Assembly: GCA_963637505.1 (NCBI GenBank)
Contig: CAVHNP010000001.1
Coordinates: forward strand, 36,879-100,878
DNA from: Prevotella sp. CAG:279
GTDB taxonomy: Bacteria; Bacillota; Clostridia; Lachnospirales; Lachnospiraceae
DNA length: 64,000 bases
Direction: 5' to 3'
Every line of letters starts with the position of its first letter. Within the stretch, counting starts at the first letter, position 1. Below, piece by piece: positions 35,562 through 44,485 of the stretch. The position numbers and the translations under genes are program-made. The notes beneath the pieces were generated by a model. That model made no database searches, had not been told where the DNA came from, and saw nothing but the letters and a program-made list of their open reading frames with translations.

Positions 35562-37063
35562 CAGTTTTCACCTCCGACCATCTTATTTGCAGAGAATTTA
35601 CCGGCTTCTTTTTTGGATGCGGAAACAGAAGAATGCAGGATTTCTTCCCGGGCATAGTCCTCTCCAAAGAGAAGCAGTTCTCTTTCCTTCTCTGAAACAT
35701 TTTTATGCTTGATCGCATTACTGATCGCAAAGATGACACCAAGAATAACCCAGACAAGAACCATGATCCATTCATGCAGGCCAAGAGAGCTTGATCCGAA
35801 AGGCATATAGAGGCTGATAAATACGGCGCAGGCAAAAATACCAAGACCTGCCATCAGCTTCCAATGTCTGATCTTCCAGGGTCTGCTCAGTTCCGGCTCC
35901 TTCCTTCTGATCTGGATAAAGGAAATTACAACGCAGAGATAAGCAACAACGGCACCCAGGGAGCTGGCATCTACAAACCAGCCAAGGGCATTTTTGCCAA
36001 GAAGGGGAGCAATAAAACCGACCAGGCCACAAAGGGCAAGGGCTGCGGAAGGCGCATTGGCTTTGTTGGTTTTGGCGAAAATTTCGGGAAGCATTTTCGC
36101 ACGGGCCATTCCAAAAAGAATTCTGCTTGCACCGACAAGCATGGCATTCCAGCTGGTCAGGATTCCGCCGATTCCGGCGACGATCAGGATATAACCTGCA
36201 ATTTTGGAACCAAAGAGGAGAGAGGCTGCATCCGCAAGAGGAATGTCCATATCTGCCAATGCTTCATTCGGAACCGCAAAACCAACACCGACAATCATAG
36301 CAATATACCAGGCCGCACCAAGTGCGATGGCAAAGATTACCATCCAGCCGATCTGCTTCAAAGGAATATCCATTTCTTCTGAAGCCTGAGGAATGACATC
36401 AAAGCCGATAAACATGGCCGGTGCAGCCATCATAACCAGCTCGATTCCGGCAATTCCATTGTTAAAAAGGGGTTTTGTATTCGCAATGTCTCCTAATGTA
36501 AGACCACCTCCAAAGAAGACGAGGCCGCCAAGAACCAGAGCTAAGGCAGCACAGGTATTAAAGATCGCGGTTAATTTCATGCCGCTCAGATGACAAAAGA
36601 GGGTAAAGGCAAGACCGATCATGCTGATGCTGACCCAGGAGAGGCTGACATCAAAACCGGCAATATTCCATAAGATGATGCTGTCCGGTAAGGGAATCAG
36701 ATAGGAAACCGCCGTTGCAAAGGCAGGTCCCTCCCAGGCAGCAACCGCCAGATAGGCAAAGCAGATGGCCCAGCCGGTAAACCAGCTGAATTTATATCCG
36801 CAGCCCCGGTAGGCCCAGACCATTTCACCGCCGGACAAGGGGAGCATAGGCGTCATCTCTGCATAGATGATACCGACGATTCCGGCCATGGCTGCCCCGA
36901 TCAAAAGGGCAATGATCGCGCCGACAGTTCCGGCATTGGTCACCCAGCTTCCGGTCAGCATGATCCAGCCCCAGCCGACGATGGCACCGAAGGCAAAGGC
37001 CCAGATATCTTTTCTTTTCAAGGTTTTTCCCAAGGAAGTACGTTCTTTTTCATAAGCATTCAT
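35561..37063 (-). CDS. APC-family permease
   Basis: 500 aa with ~12 hydrophobic helices. Its stop overlaps the aminotransferase start. Confidence 0.8.
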   Translation of the reverse strand: MNAYEKERTSLGKTLKRKDIWAFAFGAIVGWGWIMLTGSWVTNAGTVGAIIALLIGAAMAGIVGIIYAEMTPMLPLSGGEMVWAYRGCGYKFSWFTGWAICFAYLAVAAWEGPAFATAVSYLIPLPDSIILWNIAGFDVSLSWVSISMIGLAFTLFCHLSGMKLTAIFNTCAALALVLGGLVFFGGGLTLGDIANTKPLFNNGIAGIELVMMAAPAMFIGFDVIPQASEEMDIPLKQIGWMVIFAIALGAAWYIAMIVGVGFAVPNEALADMDIPLADAASLLFGSKIAGYILIVAGIGGILTSWNAMLVGASRILFGMARAKMLPEIFAKTNKANAPSAALALCGLVGFIAPLLGKNALGWFVDASSLGAVVAYLCVVISFIQIRRKEPELSRPWKIRHWKLMAGLGIFACAVFISLYMPFGSSSLGLHEWIMVLVWVILGVIFAISNAIKHKNVSEKERELLLFGEDYAREEILHSSVSASKKEAGKFSANKMVGGEN

Positions 37064-37090
37064 ATAACTTCTCCTTTCTCCTTTCTCCTT

Positions 37091-37134
37091 ACAAAAAAGG
37101 AGCCGGCCTTATTTAAAATAAGACCAGCTCCTTT
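37091..37134 (-). terminator. Intrinsic terminator / attenuator hairpin ~30 nt upstream of the permease start
   Basis: A 13-bp stem that is fully paired only in minus-strand RNA (two G-U pairs), followed by UUUUUUG. Confidence 0.6.
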
Positions 37135-37344
37135 GCTTGAAGGTATCATAAAAAATTACAAGGGCTCTGACAATAGGGAGCAAAATACGACAGTAGGATT
37201 ATTTTTCAGCCCTAGCCACAAAGTGAAAAGGGAAGAATCGCCCGAAAAAAGGCAGAAAGTCCAAGAAAAAAAGTGCCTCTGACAGGACAGATCTCCTTTA
37301 GAAGCTCTTTTGAAAATTTGTGAAAATATACAAAAACAAGGAAG

Positions 37345-38532
37345 TTATTTTGTAGTCTGATACAAACGATAGAGGCTGCAGCAAAGTTCCAGCTGAAAGA
37401 GTTTTTTTCCATCTTCCAGGGAAATATCCAATAATTTTTCAATTCTGCTAAGCCGGTAATGAATGGTATTCACATGAACATAAAGACTCTCTGCCGTTTT
37501 TTTGATATTTCGATCACAGTTAAAAAAACTGCAAAGGGTCTCAAAAAGTTCTCCCTTATCCTCATCCAGAAGACTGCCTAAAGTATAAGAAACATTCTGA
37601 AAAAGTTCCTCCCGATCCGGATAATGATGAAAAAGCTGTGCCAGAATATCATCCGAATAATCAACGATTCCTTCTTCCTCCGAAGAGAGCAGAAGATTAC
37701 GGGTAATCTCGTAAGCACTCTTTATCTCTCTGACCTGATCAAAACGACTGCCGATCAGGATGGTCACTTTTCCCTTTATGGCCTTTTGAAGAAGGGCATA
37801 GACTTCCTCCAGCCCTTTTCTGACAGAAGAATAGTCCAGATCAGAGAGAAGCAAGAGGAGAAGGCCATCATCCGGCATATAAAAAAACTGATGAAAATTC
37901 TCCTGATAATAACGGTGGAGAAGGTCTTCCATATCCTGAATCAGAGAGTAGGCATCCCCCGCATCATAAAGTTTGGACTGCTGGGGCAGCTCTTCGGAAA
38001 AGGGAGTCGCCTTTAGCGCGATCATCCGATAGCTTTTATCATTGCTGATTCCGATCGAGCGTAGATGCTCCATCCTTCTCTCCGTGATACGCTGTCCATA
38101 GATAATCTCACGAATGGCATTTGCATTCTGCTGTTCTACCTGCTGGGACTGGAAGAGGGCATAACAAATGCTCTGACTAATATCTACGATTCGGATCTGA
38201 GCGGCCATCTCAAAAAGAGGAAGCTCCAGCTCGTCTGCTTCCCGAATCACCGACTGAGGGATCTCCCGGATATAGGGACTCAGATTAATAATGATTCCCG
38301 CAATATGATACTCATACAGACTGTTCATCAGGCGGATCAATTTTTCGGTATTATCCTGAATCACGGAGCCGGATATGATAATCAGCTCACCGCCTTTTAA
38401 CCATTTTACATAGGCCGGATCCTCCAGATAGTGTACCCAGCGAATGCTGTTCGAAGCTCCCTTTTTTCCGGCGATGAATTTAAGCTGGTTGGCGTAGGGC
38501 AGATCCAGTATTTTATTACAGCTAAGAGCCAT
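37345..38532 (-). CDS. PucR-family transcriptional regulator
   Basis: C-terminal HTH (IKKTAESLYVHVNTIHYRLSRIEKLL). Confidence 0.8.
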   Translation of the reverse strand: MALSCNKILDLPYANQLKFIAGKKGASNSIRWVHYLEDPAYVKWLKGGELIIISGSVIQDNTEKLIRLMNSLYEYHIAGIIINLSPYIREIPQSVIREADELELPLFEMAAQIRIVDISQSICYALFQSQQVEQQNANAIREIIYGQRITERRMEHLRSIGISNDKSYRMIALKATPFSEELPQQSKLYDAGDAYSLIQDMEDLLHRYYQENFHQFFYMPDDGLLLLLLSDLDYSSVRKGLEEVYALLQKAIKGKVTILIGSRFDQVREIKSAYEITRNLLLSSEEEGIVDYSDDILAQLFHHYPDREELFQNVSYTLGSLLDEDKGELFETLCSFFNCDRNIKKTAESLYVHVNTIHYRLSRIEKLLDISLEDGKKLFQLELCCSLYRLYQTTK

Positions 38533-38595
38533 AGACAGCCTCCTTTAAACTATTCGCGAAAGTCTTGTTTTACGAATAGTTATGTCGTTTGCAAA

Positions 38596-38634
38596 GAAAA
38601 GCGGAGAAATCTGTTTGGCCTTTTCTCCGCTTTT
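38596..38634. terminator. Bidirectional-looking terminator after the DUF1275 gene
   Basis: gcggagaaa / tttctccgc stem flanked by A- and T-runs. Confidence 0.6.
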
Positions 38635-38671
38635 CCTCTGCATTTCTTTTGTATTCCTTTGTTTTTCCCTT

Positions 38672-39448
38672 TTAATGTCCCCGGGGAACATTTCCTAAAA
38701 GTCCCTTTTCATAAGTCAGATCTGCGATCAAAAGTTTGATAAAGATCAGTAAAAGGAAGGGCAAGGCTCCCCAGATCGCCCTTGTCGCGAAAAAGGCACA
38801 ACAAATCGATGAGATAATGCCTCCCAGTAAAAACATCAGGATCATGGAAGCATGCATTTTCCAACGATAAGAAGCTTGGGGATCATGCTTTCGGATGGCT
38901 TTTACCAAAAAACTGCCGGTCTGCCGGAAATGATTGGTCACAAAGGTCGTTGCCATGGGAATGCCTTCATTCTGCCGATAGGTATTAAACTGCATGGAAC
39001 AGATAAAGTTCAGGGTAATCTGACAGATCTGATCCGGTGCTTTTGCCGGCAGGGCTCCCAGAAAAATGATGGCCAGCATTTCAATCCCGGCCAGAATGGT
39101 ATCCCAGCGGATCAGTTGTAATTTTTTGATTGATTTTGCAAGAATTTCAGAAACAATGGCACCCATCAGATATGCTGAAATGGGGACGAGAAGATATAAG
39201 GCATGATGCCAGTCTCTTGTACCGATTGCCATAGATAAAAGAACCACGTTTGCGGTCTGGGCATTACAGAAAACGCCTCCTCTGACCGTATAGGTATAAG
39301 CTCCGTAAAAGCCTCCGACCAAGGTCAGTGCCCAGAAAAGCCAATGCTTTTCACATTCCAGAAAAAAAGATTTTTCTTCCTTTTTTATTTCCTTCAGTTC
39401 CTGCTGAAGTTCTGCCTTTATTTCTTCTTCAGCTTCTTTGATCTCCAT
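38672..39448 (-). CDS. YoaK/DUF1275-family membrane protein
   Basis: Start placed at MEIKEAEEE (GGGAGGAA RBS). Hydrophobic core typical of DUF1275. Confidence 0.6.
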   Translation of the reverse strand: MEIKEAEEEIKAELQQELKEIKKEEKSFFLECEKHWLFWALTLVGGFYGAYTYTVRGGVFCNAQTANVVLLSMAIGTRDWHHALYLLVPISAYLMGAIVSEILAKSIKKLQLIRWDTILAGIEMLAIIFLGALPAKAPDQICQITLNFICSMQFNTYRQNEGIPMATTFVTNHFRQTGSFLVKAIRKHDPQASYRWKMHASMILMFLLGGIISSICCAFFATRAIWGALPFLLLIFIKLLIADLTYEKGLLGNVPRGH

Positions 39449-39516
39449 AAAAAATTCCTCCCTTCCCAGATCCATTATTTTTTTGCCATAAAGAAGTTTA
39501 TGACGATTTGGCGGAT

Positions 39517-39545
39517 TTGGCAAGGGAGGATTTATCTGCTATGAT
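39517..39545 (+). promoter_or_regulatory. Sigma-70-type promoter (-35 TTGGCA, 17 nt, -10 TATGAT)
   Basis: Counted directly. Confidence 0.45.
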
Positions 39546-39603
39546 GGATTCGATTTTGCCCTATGATTAAAAATCCAGGGATATATTTTTATCAGATATA
39601 AAA

Positions 39604-39650
39604 GTATGCGCTTGCGCATACGCCCGCGCGAGCGGAATGCGAAGCGAAGA
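39604..39650 (+). repeat. GC-rich double hairpin related to the 12146 module
   Basis: GUAUGCGC-UU-GCGCAUAC, then CCGC-GCGA-GCGG. CCGCGCGAGCGG matches 12160-12171 at 11 of 12 positions, followed by a GCGA(A/T)GC match. Confidence 0.4.
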
Positions 39651-39680
39651 TCACCTAAAGCAAAGAAAGCTGAGAATAAG

Positions 39681-40292
39681 ATGCTCTATAACCTGACAAA
39701 CAAGATCATTTTCTATTTGAATATTCCTTCTAATATAGCAATAAAGGCCGCGATCAGTACCCTTCTCCTACTGGCTCTCCTACTCGCCCTGGGCTGGCTG
39801 ATTCGCTTGATTTCCGACATGATCACCGGCATCATCGCCTTTCTCCTCGGGGACAGAATTGCCTTTTTTGTCAGGAATTATCTGACCTATGCCGGCACCA
39901 TTCACCATGAGCTCTCCCATGCCCTCTTTATTACGATCACAGGAGGCAAGGTTAAGAAGATCACCCTGCTTCCCAAGGGAAAGAAGCTGGGCAGTGTGGA
40001 TTTCAGCTGCCGGGGAAATTTCTTTTTCCGGGGACTGCAATTATCCCTTTCCGCGATCGCTCCGGTCTTATGCGGAATCTGCAGCCTCTGCCTTATGTAT
40101 CGTTTTGTCTGGCCCTCCTGCCGGCTGAACTGGCAGATCGCCCTCTATTATTATTTCTTTATCAGCATCTTCTTTCATATGACTCTAAGTAAGCAGGATA
40201 TGGAAAATTTTCGGGATGGACTCTTCTCCCTTCTTCTCCTGCTTTTCCTTCTGAATCTTTTGAATCTCTACTTTGGCATAAGCCTTTTTTAG
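39681..40292 (+). CDS. Membrane protein with a zincin HExxH motif (DUF3267-like)
   Basis: HELSH motif flanked by hydrophobic helices. The start is uncertain: the track start 39606 reads through the GC-rich hairpin module, and no good RBS precedes either ATG. Confidence 0.5.
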   Translation: MLYNLTNKIIFYLNIPSNIAIKAAISTLLLLALLLALGWLIRLISDMITGIIAFLLGDRIAFFVRNYLTYAGTIHHELSHALFITITGGKVKKITLLPKGKKLGSVDFSCRGNFFFRGLQLSLSAIAPVLCGICSLCLMYRFVWPSCRLNWQIALYYYFFISIFFHMTLSKQDMENFRDGLFSLLLLLFLLNLLNLYFGISLF

Positions 40293-40298
40293 CTGACC

Positions 40299-41804
40299 CT
40301 ATCTTTTTTTCTTGAATACTTTACTCATCATCTGCTTCTCTAATTCCAGGACCAGCTTCTCCTTGCAGATGGTAAGCACCAGGAGATAGGCTCCAAAGAA
40401 AAGAATGGCCGAGATCAGAAGGGTAATGAAGCAGTCAAAAGAACCGCTGCCCAGAGGCAGAAGCTTAACCCAGAGGGAAGCTGCCACGCTCAAAACACAG
40501 GCAAGGCCGATCGGCAGATATTGAATCTTCTGATAGGCCTCTTTTACGGTATCCCTCAGCATCACATACTGAACGATCCAGACAACCGCTTCCGCAACCA
40601 AAGTACCGATGGCCGCACCGGCAGAAGCATATTTGGGAATTAAGATCAGATTAATCAAAAGATCAACAATTGCTCCGGCAATCTCAGAAAGAAGGACAAT
40701 CTTCTCCTTGCCCAAGGGCACCAGCATCTGGATTCCCATGATATTAGTCAGACCGATAAAAAAGATGGTCGGCATGATGATCTGCATGGGAAGAATGGAG
40801 CCTGCATAGGCATTACCGGACAGGAAATAAATCCCCTCTTTTGCAAAGAGAATAAAATAGATGGTCATGGGTAAAGAGATCAGAAAGACGAAATTAATGG
40901 CCTTTTTGGAAATATCCATGAATTTATCCATCAGTCCCTGCTCTACATAGTAGGAAACTCTCGGAAGCAGAACGGCACCGAGGGAGGTTACGATCGTCGT
41001 CAAAATGCTTTTGATCTTTACCGCCGCATTATAATAGCCGACATCCGCATCTGTTTTCATAAAGCCGAGCATAACCGTATCCAGATTCAGATAAACCGTT
41101 GTCGCACAGGACATGGCAAAGAAAATGATGACTGCCTTTAAATGCTGCTTCAGGTTATAGCCGCCGATTGGCTTATAGCTGATATAACGACGGCCATGAA
41201 AGAAATTGCAGACACTCGATGCAGAAGCCGCAAAGATCGTGATCGCACCATAGATCACGTAATCTTCCTGCTTATGGATCAGAAGGAACATGGCAATGAC
41301 TGCGATGAACTTAAAGATCAAAGACCGGATTGTAATATATGAATACTGCTCCAGTCCCTTATAAAGCCATTCCATACCGATCAGGTTAAAGACCATAGTC
41401 GTGGAAATGATCAAAAGGAGGGTTCTTTCTGATTGAAATTTGGGAACCGCAAAAAGAGTGACAAGGAAGACCAGATAGGTCAAAATCGTCATGACCATAT
41501 TAATGATAAAAATCTCCTGAACGGTTCTGGTGAGCTTCTCCTTATCATCTCTTACCCTGGCACAGGCCCGGATACCATAAGTCGGAATTCCAAGCTGAGC
41601 AAACATGGCAAAATAGGTGATGACAGAAGTCGCGAATGACACTCTTCCTGTTCCGACCGGCAGTAGCACACGGGAAACATAAGGAAAGGTGATCAAAGGA
41701 AAGATGAATGACGACATGGATAAGATCGTATTCATGATAAAATTCACTGTTAAAGATGGTTTCTTCTGATTCATAACTTTATTCAAAATCCCTTCTGAAA
41801 GCAT
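40299..41804 (-). CDS. MOP-superfamily oligosaccharide flippase (Wzx-like)
   Basis: ~500 aa with 12-14 helices and a polysaccharide-biosynthesis-protein pattern. The start is ambiguous (41804 or 41774). Confidence 0.7.
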   Translation of the reverse strand: MLSEGILNKVMNQKKPSLTVNFIMNTILSMSSFIFPLITFPYVSRVLLPVGTGRVSFATSVITYFAMFAQLGIPTYGIRACARVRDDKEKLTRTVQEIFIINMVMTILTYLVFLVTLFAVPKFQSERTLLLIISTTMVFNLIGMEWLYKGLEQYSYITIRSLIFKFIAVIAMFLLIHKQEDYVIYGAITIFAASASSVCNFFHGRRYISYKPIGGYNLKQHLKAVIIFFAMSCATTVYLNLDTVMLGFMKTDADVGYYNAAVKIKSILTTIVTSLGAVLLPRVSYYVEQGLMDKFMDISKKAINFVFLISLPMTIYFILFAKEGIYFLSGNAYAGSILPMQIIMPTIFFIGLTNIMGIQMLVPLGKEKIVLLSEIAGAIVDLLINLILIPKYASAGAAIGTLVAEAVVWIVQYVMLRDTVKEAYQKIQYLPIGLACVLSVAASLWVKLLPLGSGSFDCFITLLISAILFFGAYLLVLTICKEKLVLELEKQMMSKVFKKKR

Positions 41805-41903
41805 TATAACTAATGAATTTTACCACAATCAGGCGGAATGCACCAGAGTAACGCAAGGAAACAGGCTTTGGAGCTAATAAGAATTGAGATGCATTGAGAA
41901 TAA

Positions 41904-42133
41904 GGCTGAGAATGATTCTGCCGGATCTAAAACACGCTCTCGCTCTATATCGTATCGCCCTGGCGATGCGATGCACGCGAGGCGCCATCGTGCAAAGCAC
42001 GATTTAAAATGGCGCCGGAGTCCCGAACGGAAAAACCCAGCAGATGCTAAGCTCGAGGCACATGTACCATGCACCTCTTGCTAAGCACTGGGGTTTTTCA
42101 ACGGTTTTTGATCCTGGGCAGAACATCTCAGCC
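41904..42133 (+). repeat. Long-hairpin intergenic repeat, copy B (230 nt, carries a nested 83-nt insertion)
   Basis: Bounded by ggctgaga...tctcagcc. Outside 41946-42028 it is colinear with copies A and C. Confidence 0.85.
41946..42028 (+). repeat. Nested GC-rich hairpin module inside copy B
   Basis: The first 31 nt match 12151-12181 at 27 of 31 positions. It contains the hairpins AUCGC-CCUG-GCGAU and GGCGCCAU...AUGGCGCC. Confidence 0.65.
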
Positions 42134-42156
42134 CTTTTTAATTACAAAACATCCTG

Positions 42157-42192
42157 AATCAAACAGGGGAGATGGCTAACTCCATCTCCCCT
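42157..42192 (-). terminator. Hairpin/terminator after the rubrerythrin gene
   Basis: 11-bp stem aggggagatgg / ccatctcccct. The U-tract is weak. Confidence 0.45.
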
Positions 42193-42214
42193 CATAAAGG
42201 TATTTTTTCAGTGT

Positions 42215-42793
42215 TTACTTACCAAAGTATCTCTTCAGCAGACCCTCGAAAGCTTTTCCGTGTCTTGCCTCATCTCTTGCCATTTCATGAATGGTGTCAT
42301 GAAGGGCATCCAGGTTAAGTTCCTTGCATTTCTTTGCAAGTTCTGTCTTTCCTGTAGTTGCTCCGTTCTCAGCTGCAACACGTGCTTCCAGATTCTCCTT
42401 GGAAGAAGCGGAAACGACCTCGCCTAAAAGCTCTGCATAGCGAGATGCATGATCTGCCTCTTCAAAAGCTGCCTGGCGATAATACATACCGATCTCCGGA
42501 TAGCCCTCTCTCATTGCTGCACGGCTCATTGCCAGATACATACCAACCTCTGAGCATTCCCCTGCGAACTCTGCACGAAGGGATTCTTTGATCTCTTCCG
42601 GAACCTCTGATGCAACGCCAACAACATGCTCAGATGCCCAGGACAGCTCTGCGCTCTCCTCTACCAGCTCGAATTTGGACTTCGGAACCTTACAGATCGG
42701 ACAGACCCAATCCTCGGGAAGATCTGCGAATAAAACGCCTTCCTTTTCCTCATCATAAATATGTCCACATACTGTACATCTGTACTTTGCCAT
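42215..42793 (-). CDS. Rubredoxin-rubrerythrin fusion (reverse rubrerythrin type)
   Basis: N-terminal CxxC...CPxC rubredoxin (CTVCGH...CPICK) followed by a ferritin-like diiron domain with ExxH motifs. Start at MAKYRC. Confidence 0.85.
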   Translation of the reverse strand: MAKYRCTVCGHIYDEEKEGVLFADLPEDWVCPICKVPKSKFELVEESAELSWASEHVVGVASEVPEEIKESLRAEFAGECSEVGMYLAMSRAAMREGYPEIGMYYRQAAFEEADHASRYAELLGEVVSASSKENLEARVAAENGATTGKTELAKKCKELNLDALHDTIHEMARDEARHGKAFEGLLKRYFGK

Positions 42794-42856
42794 AATAATT
42801 ACCACCTTTCTTCTTACCTTTTTATATAATTTCCTTGCTGCCTTCAGTTCTTGCTC

Positions 42857-43252
42857 TTACAGCTCCCGGCAATCCTTGCAGATGCCATAGAAGCTGATCT
42901 TGCAATCTTCGATTATTCCATCAAAGCTCTCCTGCGCCAAGGTCTTTACCTCTGACATATCAATATTGTTCAGATCCAGAACATGTCCGCATTTCTTACA
43001 AATGAAATGGTTATGAGGCTGAACATTTCCGTCGTAGCGGCTGGAGCCATCTATCAGGGGAAGCTTCAGGATCTCTCCCAGTTCTTCCAGAACTGCAAGA
43101 TTACGATATACCGTACCAAGGCTGATATTGGGATGCTCCTCCTTGATATCACTGTAGATCATATCTGCGGTTGGATGATCAGTCCTATGAATCAGATTCT
43201 CACGAATCGCTTCTCTTTGCTTTGTATTTCTAAGCTTTACTGCCTGAGCCAT
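42857..43252 (-). CDS. Fur-family regulator, PerR-like by context
   Basis: 131 aa with two CxxC pairs (CKKCGH, CKDC). It lies upstream of the rubrerythrin gene. Confidence 0.8.
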   Translation of the reverse strand: MAQAVKLRNTKQREAIRENLIHRTDHPTADMIYSDIKEEHPNISLGTVYRNLAVLEELGEILKLPLIDGSSRYDGNVQPHNHFICKKCGHVLDLNNIDMSEVKTLAQESFDGIIEDCKISFYGICKDCREL

Positions 43253-43275
43253 CCGGATCCCTCGCTTTCATTAAT

Positions 43276-43288
43276 AAGAATAATTCTT
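43276..43288. promoter_or_regulatory. Fur/PerR-type operator, perfect 6-1-6 palindrome AAGAAT-A-ATTCTT
   Basis: Read directly. It sits 7 nt downstream of the predicted -10. Confidence 0.55.
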
Positions 43289-43294
43289 GTTATT

Positions 43295-43323
43295 ATAATA
43301 ATGCTTGCCTGGCTATTAGTCAA
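43295..43323 (-). promoter_or_regulatory. Promoter of the perR-rbr operon (-35 TTGACT, 17 nt, -10 TATTAT)
   Basis: Counted on the minus strand. Confidence 0.5.
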
Positions 43324-43366
43324 TCATAACCTTTGTCTTACTTTTTAACGTCTGTTTGTTGAAATT

Positions 43367-44485
43367 TTATCTATGAACGGAATAGAGATAAACCTCGTGT
43401 TCCTCCTCATTAAAGCCCTCATAAAAGCCCTGCTTTGCCCCGTCTACAATTCTCTGCCCAAAGTTATAAAGAACCAGCAACTGCTTCCGTCCCTCATCAA
43501 AGGAAAGTCCCTCTATCTCCCCCTGTCTTGTCACCTCGGCAATGCCTTTTTCCGCCTCAAGGCTTGACCTTCCATCTTCAGACAGCGTTACCCTGTAGAT
43601 ATGGTCTGCTTCTCCCTGATCCGCATCCCCATCATCCGCAGAAAGGTAATAGTCTCCCTGATAATAGGTAATCCCCTGAATCCGTTCCGGTGCATTACCC
43701 ATATAGATTTTTCTCAAAAATGCCCCTGTTGCAAGGTCATATTCATAAAGATACTTTGCTGCTTCTCCTTCTCCCCATTCACAGGCCATCAGAATTCCCT
43801 GCTCTTCATTGACGCAGATACCGGCTCCCTCTTCCTGACCGCTCTCTCCGTCAAGAGGCTGACTGCTCAGGAGCTGCAGGCTTTCTGCATCATATACCGC
43901 CAAATGAAGATTAGAAGCCTGTCCTTTCGAAAATTTCTCTACAAGACAATATAACTTTCCTCCACTGACATCGAGATCACCGATATGATTTACCTTTTCC
44001 TCATAGCCCCAGGCAAAGGGATCGGTGTTTTCTGTGATCAGATTCCAATCCTTGTCATATTTGGCAAGAGCCTTGCTGCTGCTGACATAATAATAGTCTG
44101 CCGAAGCGCAAATGCCCTGCCTGCCCTCTACCTTTACAACGTTGAAGAGGGAATAGATATTCTGCTTTGCCTCTGCACTTGTATCCGTGTTTTCTTCTGC
44201 TTGTGAATCTGTCTGCTTCTCTGTCTGAAGTTCCGATCCATCCGCTACGTTCTCCGACAAATCCGCGGATGCATCCGAGGCAGTGGAATCAGAACTTGTT
44301 ATGCTTTCTGCCTTCTCTGTCCTATTCTCCGCCTCTGTTTCGGAAGCGCTGCTTTTCTGCCCGGCAGTTTCCGGAGCTTCCGGAGCTTTTCTTCCGATAA
44401 GAGAATGGCAGATTGCCAGAAGAATCAGAAGCAGGAGGATGACCTCTGCAAGAAGTATGAAATTTTTTCTTTTCCTATTTTTCAT
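43367..44485 (-). CDS. Membrane-anchored/secreted hypothetical protein with a probable beta-propeller-like C-domain
   Basis: N-terminal signal anchor, an acidic S/T/E-rich linker, then repetitive beta-rich sequence. No family was recognised with confidence. Confidence 0.5.
   Translation of the reverse strand: MKNRKRKNFILLAEVILLLLILLAICHSLIGRKAPEAPETAGQKSSASETEAENRTEKAESITSSDSTASDASADLSENVADGSELQTEKQTDSQAEENTDTSAEAKQNIYSLFNVVKVEGRQGICASADYYYVSSSKALAKYDKDWNLITENTDPFAWGYEEKVNHIGDLDVSGGKLYCLVEKFSKGQASNLHLAVYDAESLQLLSSQPLDGESGQEEGAGICVNEEQGILMACEWGEGEAAKYLYEYDLATGAFLRKIYMGNAPERIQGITYYQGDYYLSADDGDADQGEADHIYRVTLSEDGRSSLEAEKGIAEVTRQGEIEGLSFDEGRKQLLVLYNFGQRIVDGAKQGFYEGFNEEEHEVYLYSVHR

Noticed and set aside
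37135-37344. Possible riboswitch or T-box in the 280-nt pucR-permease spacer.
   Set aside because: No T-box sequence, specifier-loop arrangement or known riboswitch core was recognised. Only the terminator hairpin and the SD-like repeats are reported.
39606-39680. N-terminal extension MRLRIRPRERNAKRRSPKAKKAENK of the HExxH membrane protein.
   Set aside because: The Arg-rich sequence is produced by translating the GC-rich hairpin module, and no RBS is present. The extension is likely non-coding leader.
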